Program-made: the position numbers and the translations under genes | Notes under the pieces: model-generated | Seen by the model: only the letters and a program-made list of their open reading frames with translations | The model's database searches: none | What the model was told of the DNA's origin: nothing | Assembly: GCA_965198175.1 (NCBI GenBank) | Contig: OZ240245.1 | Location: 1-64,000 of the forward strand | Source of the DNA: Candidatus Poribacteria bacterium | GTDB lineage: Bacteria > Poribacteria > WGA-4E > PCPOR2b | Direction: 5' to 3' | DNA length: 64,000 nucleotides | Shown: positions 1 to 9,296 of the stretch, in pieces | Numbering within the stretch: the first letter of the stretch is position 1 | Layout: each line of letters opens with the position of its first letter

Positions 1-58
1 CCCCCTTATCCCCAGATCTGGCGTGACAGATTTCTCGGAGCTGGATTTTACCCATGAA

Positions 59-1423
59 CTATGCCTCCTCAATTAAGACTTCTGTCCTGACTTTATCCCG
101 TGGTATGAATGTTGAATAGTAACCGAGAATTTCGGTAACGTCCTCTTTTCTTAAGCCACGACCAATTGCAGCGGGACCATTGTTGTCAATCGTCTCTAGC
201 TCATGCATAATCTTCCAAGCTTCAGATCGTTCTCGGGTTCTTCCTGCGACGCGGAGACCCACTTCCCAAGGAGCACTTTCGGGTTTCTCATCGGTGGGAC
301 CATACAGCGAGTTGATTCCCAAAAGATCGAACCGTATCGCTTCCGCCTTCAAATGCGTGATGAGTTCCAGCCGCTGCTTCATGACCTCTGCGGCTAGTTT
401 CGCCCTTTCGTAGGCTCCGGGGCCCGCGTAGAAAATTGTGCCTTCTGCTCTGTATCCATCTCTTACTCCGAGGTTGACCTTCAGCAGTTCGGGTTTGGGG
501 GTTCCCTTGATGACGCCGGTGATAGCAACTCTGTCTGGTCCCACCTGCTCAAACCCCATATCACTGAAATCCGCAATAACATCAGCCTCAATGTAACTGG
601 TGGGATCGCCCACCTCGTAAAGCATCTGTTCCGCACATGTGGCTGGACTCACAAGCCCGCCGCTACCCGGAACTTTCGTTATGATGGCATCGCCATTGGG
701 AGAAACCTCTGCAATGGGGAAGCCCAAGCGATAAAGATCTGGAACAACTTTGTATGGCGGATCGGCAAAATATCCTCCCGTCAACTGACCAGCGCACTCA
801 AACAGATGTCCAAGGATGATACCCTTGGCGAATGAATCCCACTCATTTTCACGCCAACCGAATTCGTAAATCATGGGCGCCAGAAACAATGAGGCATCAC
901 CGACCCTTCCCGTCATGACGAGATCTGCCCCCCCTTCAAGAGCCTCCACGACTGGGTCCGCCGGTATGTAGGCATGCGCCGCAATGAGTCTGTCTCCGAA
1001 TTCACTTACACCCTTTTCGGTCTCGTTAACTTTCAGATCGAGTTCTTTGGCGAGCGAAAGCACGTTATCACCTAACGCAACAGCAACTTTCACACCATCG
1101 AGCCCTAATTGACGAGCAACCCTAATCGCCAAATCCTGAGCAGCTTTCGGATTTGCAGCTCCCATATTGCCGATTATTTTTATGCCTTTGCGGGCACAAA
1201 TGGGCCAAATTGCTTTGAGCCGTCTTTCTGTGTAAATATCGAATCCCTCATCCGGGTGGCTCAATTTATGTCTTTCAAAAGCGAGCATCTCACTTTCTGA
1301 CAGGGAATCAAAAACAATATAGTCGATACCGCCCTTCTCGACCAGTTCTACCGCAGGCTCAATCCTTTCTCCCGGACAAGCTGAACCGCCTCCCAATTTT
1401 AATACTTCTTTTCTTGGTTCCAT
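59..1423 (-). CDS. Acyclic terpene utilisation AtuA-family protein (DUF1446)
   Basis: 454 aa; 'GGIDYIVFDSLSE', 'NMGAANP', 'VMTGRVGDASL', 'GHLFECAGQLTGG' and 'EQMLYEVGDP' are typical of AtuA. Confidence 0.85.
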   Translation of the reverse strand: MEPRKEVLKLGGGSACPGERIEPAVELVEKGGIDYIVFDSLSESEMLAFERHKLSHPDEGFDIYTERRLKAIWPICARKGIKIIGNMGAANPKAAQDLAIRVARQLGLDGVKVAVALGDNVLSLAKELDLKVNETEKGVSEFGDRLIAAHAYIPADPVVEALEGGADLVMTGRVGDASLFLAPMIYEFGWRENEWDSFAKGIILGHLFECAGQLTGGYFADPPYKVVPDLYRLGFPIAEVSPNGDAIITKVPGSGGLVSPATCAEQMLYEVGDPTSYIEADVIADFSDMGFEQVGPDRVAITGVIKGTPKPELLKVNLGVRDGYRAEGTIFYAGPGAYERAKLAAEVMKQRLELITHLKAEAIRFDLLGINSLYGPTDEKPESAPWEVGLRVAGRTRERSEAWKIMHELETIDNNGPAAIGRGLRKEDVTEILGYYSTFIPRDKVRTEVLIEEA

Positions 1424-1679
1424 TCTATATCACTCTCGAGTTTTGAGTTTTTTATTTCTTTACAAGGCTGCAATTTTAACACAATCCCCCAGATCAATCA
1501 ATACTAGAATTATTCTGGGAATAGGAAAGTGGTAGCCATCATGTTGATATAGAGCTATTGAATAATCGGGATTGGACGAAACTATTGTACATCTTTCCAA
1601 GAAGGTTATCGTTAACACAACATATCTATGAGGCGGACAACCCCGGCAAAGTCGCTCTAAAGGTATGGTTTCAGGATGG

Positions 1680-1950
1680 TTTCAGAAATTCAAGAGCTCG
1701 ATTTGCTTGCCCACCCAATCGGTAACTCACAGCAATCTGGTATAAAATCTGATTCGCGTTCTGAGGATTGTAGAAGAGGTATCGATGACATTCACCTGTG
1801 GCCCGGAGATAATCCCCTTCACGGTAGAGGGCAGCGGCAAATTTGAGAATGTTATTTGGGTGGTAGTAATCGACTGACGGCTCATCCCCGAATCCTAATC
1901 AACGCTGGCAGGCACCAACAAGCTATCGCTGTGTATCTTGAGACACATTT
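1680..1950 (-). pseudogene. Truncated, frameshifted TPR-protein gene (homologous to the TPR genes at 33369 and 34385)
   Basis: Manual minus-strand translation 'DYYHPNNILKFAAALYREGDYLRATGECHRYLFYNPQNANQILYQIAVSY' aligns by eye with 'AENLLAFANSLFQEGDYPNAIHEYQRYLFLYP'; in-frame stop upstream and truncated downstream; ends approximate. Confidence 0.7.
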
Positions 1951-2005
1951 GGAAGGAATCCTAACCTTCCGGATACGCTTCTCAGAAAAGTCATCAGAAA
2001 ACACA

Positions 2006-2230
2006 TCACTTTTTCAGAGCCTTCGGCGAGTAGTCTTCGACAGAATCAAGGTATTTTCCCGTATGAGGGTGAATCCAGTAATGCGTGCTCCATATTGTCC
2101 CATGATCGCATAACAATCGGTCTACTGTGAGCAATAATCCACGAAAGAGTCCATATTTTTTGACAGTTCCCATCCCGAATTGAGAACAGCTTGGTGTAAA
2201 ATTGCCAAGGGGGAAATCTTGTGCCGAGGG
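2006..2230 (-). pseudogene. yidD: YidD-like (membrane protein insertion efficiency factor) fragment without a start codon
   Basis: Manual translation 'SAQDFPLGNFTPSCSQFGMGTVKKYGLFRGLLLTVDRLLCDH' matches the YidD CxFxPSCS...YG...DRLLRC pattern; in-frame TGA at 2261-2263 with no ATG before the domain. Confidence 0.7.
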
Positions 2231-2362
2231 TTCGAGGCAGATTCCCTCTGCAACCTTTTTTCAGAAACTAGCGGCCAAGGCGGAAAAATAAGCTTTAAGA
2301 AGTTAAATATGGAGCCGATGTTCTATCACGCACGGTTAGAAATACAAGCCAGCAATCACGGC

Positions 2363-3259
2363 TTATCCTCTTCCAGGAAAGGTGAGTTCAGCAATGCCAG
2401 ATTTATCCAATTCTCCTTTACCGATTTCGATCATCCTATCATATTGTTTCTTTGCCGCTTCGGCGAGCGGTAGATTCAAGCCTGCAGCTTTAGCAAGCTC
2501 AAGCGCAATCCCCGAATCCTTGGCCGCATGCGCTGCCGAAAAATAGCATTCGTGATCTCGATTTTCCATATCCTCACCATCTGTCTCCAGCACGCGCGAA
2601 TTAGCGCCGGTCTGGGCAAAGACTTCTTGAAGCATGATCAAGTCGAGACCAAGAGCCGCGCCAAGTCCTAGTCCTTCAGCAAGCCCGGCGGTGTTAATAT
2701 TCATCACCACATTTACAAGAGCTTTGACTTGTGCAGCTCTGCCCGCATTGCCGATATAGCGGAGCGCAACACTCATCGAATCGAGAATCGGTTTCGCTTT
2801 GTCAAAGGCTTCTTTTTTACCTCCGCACATCAGGTAGAGCGTTCCTTCACGCGCTTGCGTGATACTGCTTGCCATACAGCCTTCAAGACTCTGGGCGCCA
2901 TGTTTTTCGGCGAGTTTCTCAATATCGACATGAACTTGGGGCGCAATTGTCGCACAATTGAGAAACAGCTTGCCTGCTGCGCCTGTAACCAGGCTATCTT
3001 CGTCTGCTTCCGAGAAAATTTGTCGCATAGCATTGTCATCGGTCACAACGGTAATAATATAATCAGCAAGTTCTGTCACCCGCGCCGGGCGATCTGCCGC
3101 CTCAGCACCAATCTCCTCGGCGAGCGCCCTTGCCGCTGCTTTTACAATATCGTATGCTGCAACAACTGAGAATCCTTCGTCATGCAAATGGCGTGCGATG
3201 TTACCTCCCATCCGACCCACACCAACAATGCCGATTTTGTAATCTGAGTGTGCCATCAT
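2363..3259 (-). CDS. NAD(P)-dependent oxidoreductase, 3-hydroxyisobutyrate/6-phosphogluconate dehydrogenase family
   Basis: 'IGIVGVGRMG' Rossmann motif, catalytic 'VKALVN'; GGAGG RBS upstream. Confidence 0.9.
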   Translation of the reverse strand: MMAHSDYKIGIVGVGRMGGNIARHLHDEGFSVVAAYDIVKAAARALAEEIGAEAADRPARVTELADYIITVVTDDNAMRQIFSEADEDSLVTGAAGKLFLNCATIAPQVHVDIEKLAEKHGAQSLEGCMASSITQAREGTLYLMCGGKKEAFDKAKPILDSMSVALRYIGNAGRAAQVKALVNVVMNINTAGLAEGLGLGAALGLDLIMLQEVFAQTGANSRVLETDGEDMENRDHECYFSAAHAAKDSGIALELAKAAGLNLPLAEAAKKQYDRMIEIGKGELDKSGIAELTFPGRG

Positions 3260-3629
3260 TTGCCTCCTAAAGCTTCACGGATATCTGCGTCTAATCCTAT
3301 TACCTGAAAGATGAAAAAAGTGTATCACAACTTTGAAAGAAAGTACAGCGAAAAGGCACTATGATTGCAGGAATCGTAATGCGTAATACCTTTAAGAAGG
3401 GCTTCATACTAATTCTGTATGACAATCAATCATAGCCTTTGGCGGGGAAGGAAGAACCCCATTCTTCTATCTAATGCTGCATCTTTATTCAGAAACATTA
3501 TCTTAACGCATTACGCAACATATGATGATTATGGGTTTGAATTTTCTACTCAGTCAAAAAAAAGCGTGACACTTGTCGTAAAATTTGATACAATTATAAT
3601 GGAAATTGTAGTTCGTAGATCTTGCGGAA

Positions 3630-3812
3630 ATGCTTCTAATCTTCCCTGGTGGTTTTGCACCATTGAATGAACCGATGGAGATTTTGGAACTCGTTCAGAC
3701 CGGCAAAATTCGTAAGAAAATATCGGTCGTGATTTACGGATTGGATTATTGGAATGGGATCATCAATTTCACAGCGCTAATCCAATGGGAACAATCAGCA
3801 AAGCTAATCTGA
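3630..3812 (+). pseudogene. C-terminal fragment of a LOG-family (TIGR00730-like) nucleotide phosphoribohydrolase
   Basis: 'FPGGFAPLNEPMEILELVQTGK...VVIYG..YW' is a degraded PGGxGTxxE motif; N-terminal part absent. Confidence 0.7.
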
Positions 3813-3913
3813 ACCTTTTCCATTTTACCAAACACGCCTCAGGAAACCACTGAGTTCTTATATCAGACAATCCGACGCTCACCTGACTCACTGGCTGATA
3901 CAAAGGAACGCTA

Positions 3914-4489
3914 ATGGTTCTATCAGATCAAGACATCGTTAGATATTTGGAGAAAGGGAAAATCAAAATCACTCCTTTTCCGGACCTCACGAAACACTTG
4001 GGTTCTTGTTCTATTGATTTCAGGTTGGGGAATACATTTCGTGTATTTGAACATAGCAAATATCCATATATTGATTTCCGAGCTAGGATTGACATTAATG
4101 AATTGATGCACAAGGTTGAGGTGCCTGATGGTGAGGCGTTTACCGTGCAGCCGGATGAATTTGTTCTTGCTGCGACGCTCGAAACCCTTGAACTGGCAGA
4201 CGATGTGATGGCGCGTCTGGAGGGGAGAAGTAGCCTTGGTCGAATCGGCATTATTGTTCACAGCACAGCAGGACTCTTTGATCCAGGTTGGGTCGGCACA
4301 GCAACCTTAGAACTTGGCAATCTTGGGCGCATGCCCGTTAAGCTTTATCCTGGAATGCGGATTTGCGCGTTTACGTTTGAAATGTTATCTTCTCCAGCAA
4401 AAGTACCCTATCGCCAGAAACCTGGGAATAAATATGCGGGGCAGATTGAACCGGAGGCAAGTCGTTTTGTTGAAGATTTGAATGCCTAG
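3914..4489 (+). CDS. dcd: dCTP deaminase
   Basis: 'SIDFRLG', 'RLEGRSSLGRIG', 'DPGWVG..TLEL' motifs. Confidence 0.95.
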   Translation: MVLSDQDIVRYLEKGKIKITPFPDLTKHLGSCSIDFRLGNTFRVFEHSKYPYIDFRARIDINELMHKVEVPDGEAFTVQPDEFVLAATLETLELADDVMARLEGRSSLGRIGIIVHSTAGLFDPGWVGTATLELGNLGRMPVKLYPGMRICAFTFEMLSSPAKVPYRQKPGNKYAGQIEPEASRFVEDLNA

Positions 4490-4973
4490 CATCCCATTGA
4501 ATTAGGGCGCTGGATGCTGAAAGCTTTGGCAACGGTGTGCCCAATAATTCAGCGTCAAGCATTGAAATATCTTCTCAGATGACTTTGCGCTGTCGCATGG
4601 ATATACCTTGGTAGATATGGGGTAAATGATGCGTGAAGTCTTGAATCGCACAACATCAGTTTTTTGTTTGCAGATCTCTTCAGGCAACTCGATCTAGTCT
4701 GAGAGTTGGCATAGCACTTGCTCGTGATTGGCGTATTTGCTGCTGTTTCTGTTGACATAATAGTGTAAACGTTACCTGATTTTTAGAGAAGCGCAAGTTT
4801 CTAAAATCTCTAAAACGGTAGATTTTACTGTTTAACCCAGCGCCATAGAAGAATTATTCTTCATGGAAACCCCTTATTTGGTTTGTTCCGATCGATTCGG
4901 CTTCATCAACATCGGACAGTTTCATTCAAAAGTTTGTTTTACCATTATTTCTGATTCTTAAAGGAGGATTTGG

Positions 4974-6389
4974 ATGACACCGAGTGACGTGATTGCGTTA
5001 GCAAAAGAAAAAGAACTCAAGATTGTCGATCTCAAATTTATGGATTTGCCGGGCATGTGGCAGCACTTTTCGATGCCGGTCTCGGAGATGACCGAAGATT
5101 TGTTTGAAGAGGGTATCGGTTTCGATGGTTCAAGTATTCGTGGGTTTCAACTTATCCACGAAAGCGACATGCTGCTCTTTCCCGATCCGGCGACAGCAAT
5201 TGTTGACCCAGCTTGCAAGATCGACACGTTGAGCCTTGTCTGCAATATTAAAGATCCGGTGACATTGGAAAGCTATTCACGCGATGTACGACATGTCGCC
5301 CAGAAGGCAGAAGCTTACTTAAAATCTACAGGTATTGCCGACACCAGCTTCTGGGGCCCCGAAGCAGAGTTTTATCTCTTGAATGATATCCGCTACGGAC
5401 AGGACCAACATTCAGGGTATTACTTCGTCGATTCAGTTGAAGGAAGCTGGAATACAGGTCGTGATGAAGAACCTAATCTTGGGTATAAGCCTCGTTATAA
5501 AGAAGGGTATTTCCCGGTACCCCCATCGGATACACTACAGGATGTTCGATCTGAAATCATCCTCAAGATGATTGAATGCGGGATTGATGTGGAGGTTCAT
5601 CACCACGAAGTTGGTACAGGCGGACAAGGTGAAATCGACATGCGGTATGATACCTTGACCCGGATGGGCGATAAGATGGCGTTATATAAATACATCATCA
5701 AAAACATCGCTCGTGCGCACAATATGACGGCAACCTTTATGCCGAAGCCACTTTTTGAAGACAATGGTTCCGGCATGCACACCCACCAGAGCTTATGGAA
5801 GGACAATCAAAACATCTTCTTTGACACACAGGGTTATTCGCTTCTGAGCGAAACGGCACTATATTATATCGGTGGATTGCTCAAACACGCACCTTCACTC
5901 TGTGCTCTGATTGCACCAACGACAAATTCTTACAAACGGCTGGTGCCGGGTTTTGAGGCACCTGTCAATATTGCGTATTCTCAGAGGAATCGCAGCGCAT
6001 GCGTTCGAATCCCAATCTATCACAAGAGTCCAAAGGCGAAACGGGTTGAATTCCGTACGCCGGATCCGTCCTGCAATCCTTACCTCGCCTTCAGCGCTTT
6101 ACTGATGGCAGGCCTTGATGGTATCCAGAATAAGATCCACCCGGGCGATCCGGTCGATAAAGATATGTACGACCTTGAACCGGAGGACATGGCTGCCATT
6201 GATTCGACCCCAAGTTCCTTGTCGGAAGCGCTTGACGCCTTAGAGGATGACCACGAGTATCTCCTCAAAGGCGATGTGTTCACACAGGACGTAATTGATA
6301 CGTGGATAACTTATAAGCATGAGAACGAAGTCGACGCGATTAATTTGCGTCCGCACCCATACGAATTCCACCTCTACCACGATATTTAA
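4974..6389 (+). CDS. glnA: Glutamine synthetase type I
   Basis: 'FDGSSI', 'HHHEV', 'FMPKP...NGSGMH', 'NSYKRLVPG', adenylylation-type 'KDMYDL'; AAGGAGG RBS. Confidence 0.98.
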   Translation: MTPSDVIALAKEKELKIVDLKFMDLPGMWQHFSMPVSEMTEDLFEEGIGFDGSSIRGFQLIHESDMLLFPDPATAIVDPACKIDTLSLVCNIKDPVTLESYSRDVRHVAQKAEAYLKSTGIADTSFWGPEAEFYLLNDIRYGQDQHSGYYFVDSVEGSWNTGRDEEPNLGYKPRYKEGYFPVPPSDTLQDVRSEIILKMIECGIDVEVHHHEVGTGGQGEIDMRYDTLTRMGDKMALYKYIIKNIARAHNMTATFMPKPLFEDNGSGMHTHQSLWKDNQNIFFDTQGYSLLSETALYYIGGLLKHAPSLCALIAPTTNSYKRLVPGFEAPVNIAYSQRNRSACVRIPIYHKSPKAKRVEFRTPDPSCNPYLAFSALLMAGLDGIQNKIHPGDPVDKDMYDLEPEDMAAIDSTPSSLSEALDALEDDHEYLLKGDVFTQDVIDTWITYKHENEVDAINLRPHPYEFHLYHDI

Positions 6390-6461
6390 TCAGAATCCCA
6401 AGCCCTGATTGCCAATCGAGGTTTGCTAAACTTGCCAAAACCGGTTTGGACGAAGGAGTAA

Positions 6462-6806
<345 letters not shown>

Positions 6807-6869
6807 TACTAATTTCGGAGAAGTATCGATTGAAAAGCCTGCAATGGACTGTACCGTTTGGGGGCATAT

Positions 6870-7290
6870 TCCAACCCAAGCAGCACCTCGACTAGAGATT
6901 TTCCACCGAATTCAACGCCGGGCTGTAAAGGTAAAATACGCCACCATCATTTGGTCCGGAATCTACAATGCTCCTTCGCTGTGAAATGGAGCGTAATCGA
7001 AGGTGAGAAAAACCAGCTCTTCGCTATGCCGGTTGGTCACTTTTGCCTGAAATTGATAGAATCGGCACCCATTGAGAGGAGAATCAGAAAATCACTGACC
7101 TGTCAACCGAACTGACTTCGCCATAAACATAGGTAGATTCCCGAACAATCTGCGGGTTGACCCTAGGTCTTACCTCCAACGGTGCCTAGCATCGCTTGGA
7201 ATCTGTGATTCGATTGAACCGTGTCTCATCTTCGAACATGACCCGCAAAAACGGGCCGCTCTTGTTAAGGTAGAGTTTATCAGAGCGGGG
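6870..7290 (-). mobile_element. Degraded IS630-family transposase remnant
   Basis: Minus strand reads 'LRVMFEDETRFNRITDSKRC*AP..VRP.V..QIVRESTYVYG.VS', like the IS630 DDE region; stops and frameshifts; ends approximate. Confidence 0.7.
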
Positions 7291-7295
7291 AAGTT

Positions 7296-7668
7296 TTGAC
7301 TCTCCTCGAACTTCGACATCGCCTTTGGGATGTTGGGGGCGCGGTGTTACTTTCCGCCAATCATTTCGATGAAGCACCTCATAGGCTGTCGGGCTGCAGG
7401 TGCGCCGTTTGTCGGGTGGCTACTGTTTTCTTACAAGAATTTCGAGTTCATCAAAAGGACACTCCACTCACTACCTTACTATCAGGAAGACATGATCTGG
7501 CAGAACGTAGCTTCTGCGAACGGTGCGGCACACAACTTTCCCACAACAGCAACAACGCCGACAGTATTGGCATTGCAACCATCACTTTGGTTGACGTCGA
7601 TGCCCCTCCCGTCCCGCACCCACGGGTGTATCTCAGAAAAGCTGTCACGGGTGGGCTCTGACTACTAG
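7296..7668 (+). pseudogene. Frameshifted GFA (glutathione-dependent formaldehyde-activating) family gene
   Basis: 'CRAAGAPFVGW' in one frame and 'ERSFCERCGTQL' in another. Confidence 0.65.
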
Positions 7669-7707
7669 GCGGTTTTATGTCAGAGCAGATTAAAGCTGAT
7701 AAGAATT

Positions 7708-8501
7708 ATGCCTGAAGGACCTGACATCAAGCACCACCGACGCGATTTGCTGGCTTTTGAGGAAAAACGACTACAGAAAGCAACTTTAACCTCACTAGCC
7801 TTGAAATACAAACGGTATCAACAGCAACAAAGCAAAATGGGTTTACTCCATGGAAAAGTCCTTGAAAGACTCGAACGCTGCGGGAAATTCCTAATCTGGT
7901 GGTTTGAGCGTTTTCCTGTGCTAAATCATTTCGGAATGACCGGCGTGTGGACCATTGAAAAACCAGCAAAAGCACTGTCAAATGCGATGCCCTCAAAGTA
8001 CGCGAAAGTGGTTTTGTAGTTTGAGGGCAGCGTCAGAGCTATCTTTGATGATATGCGAAATTTTGGGCGATTTCAAGTTTTTACTTGTGAACAAGACTTA
8101 CTTGAGCAAGTCCCTAGTGTGAAAACTCTTGGTATCAATGGCTTGCAAGAGCACTTCCCCCAAGAACAGTTTGAACAGCTTTTAAGTCGGCCCATAAATC
8201 AGACCAAACCGTTAGGAGTAATTCTTATTTCTTCACGACTGGTAGCAGAAATAGGCTCTCAAGCTCAGAGAAGAGATATCTAGGACAATCAGTCAGTATC
8301 ATTTTAAGGCGAGCTTTTGAGCAAAAGGGAGCTACAGTCGAAAACTATCAATCCTCTCCTGAAGCAGGACAGTCTCAAGATTTACACTACGTCTATGGGA
8401 AGGAAGACAAACCTTGCCCGGCCTGCAAATCTACGATTGAGCGCATCATTCAGAAACAGAGATCGACATATTGCTGTCCCAAGTGCCAAGTGTCAAAATA
8501 A
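7708..8501 (+). pseudogene. mutM: Formamidopyrimidine-DNA glycosylase (Fpg/MutM) pseudogene
   Basis: N-terminal 'MPEGP', 'R.GKFLI', 'HFGMTG', 'DMRNFG' and C-terminal zinc finger 'VYGKEDKPCPACKSTIERI....RSTYCCPKCQ', broken by a TAG at 8017-8019 and by frameshifts. Confidence 0.9.
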
Positions 8502-9048
8502 GCTCTGCTTAATTACTTAATTAGTTGATTTCATATTAGAAAAACTGGGGCAGACCATCGGATTACTGATAAGGAAGTCCACCACGTTGATATAAATCGT
8601 CATTGCTATTGTCGCTTCTAGATTGCTCGACAACGACTCCCTCTGTGCTCCACCCAAAACCAACAATGCCATGGTAGTACCTACAAACCCACAAACATAT
8701 CAAACACTGAGGCTCGGCATCAACGAGACTGGAGAGCATTCACATAAAAATCAATAGAGGCATCTGCTGATAGCCGGAATGTCTCCAGAGGTCTGTGAAA
8801 GTATGCCAAAATTGGATCCAATTTGTCCCTCTTAGTTTCTGTTAGCGAAATCATTCCGTAAATCTAGCAACAGATTTTACCCTCCGAGATTAAACCGTGA
8901 TATACGCCGCAGAAAGACCCAAAGCCTGATTTGGGCAGTTGCCATTCTTGCCATCAGTGAAGGCCGCCACCTTCACCTCCAGAAGATTCAATCGTCAGCC
9001 ACCTCACACACCGAATACTGTTTTGAGGTCGAATCACAGAAAAACGCC

Positions 9049-9077
9049 TTGACAACATCAGCCTCGCGACATATAAT
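9049..9077 (+). promoter_or_regulatory. Consensus sigma70 promoter upstream of the secreted metalloprotease gene
   Basis: TTGACA-17 nt-TATAAT. Confidence 0.75.
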
Positions 9078-9296
9078 GGGTGGGAATCTCTATCAACTTG
9101 CATAAGGCAATGTGCCCGTCGTGTGTGTGTTGTGTGTATAGAGTATTGAATTGATAATTTCGGTTTACGCAAGGCTTCCCAGTGTACCAATACGGGGAGT
9201 TTCGGCTGAATTTGGCAATGGCTCTTAAGCCGATTACTGAGGAATAAATCGTGTAATAACCGCAAAAAAAATAAGGAAATAAGGAAGAGTACATCC

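Noticed and set aside
1630..1680. Possible IS630 fragment ('LKVWFQDG') at the point where the TPR remnant ends
   Set aside because: Too short to support; no further transposase motifs or inverted repeats recognised
4490..4760. Short overlapping minus-strand ORFs between dcd and glnA
   Set aside because: No recognisable domain; could be a remnant but cannot be supported
4840..4960. Hairpins upstream of glnA as a glutamine riboswitch or nitrogen-regulator site
   Set aside because: No match by eye to the glnA RNA motif or to NtrC/GlnR boxes
9118..9140. GT-rich run (gtgtgtgtgttgtgtg)
   Set aside because: Short imperfect microsatellite with no evidence of function
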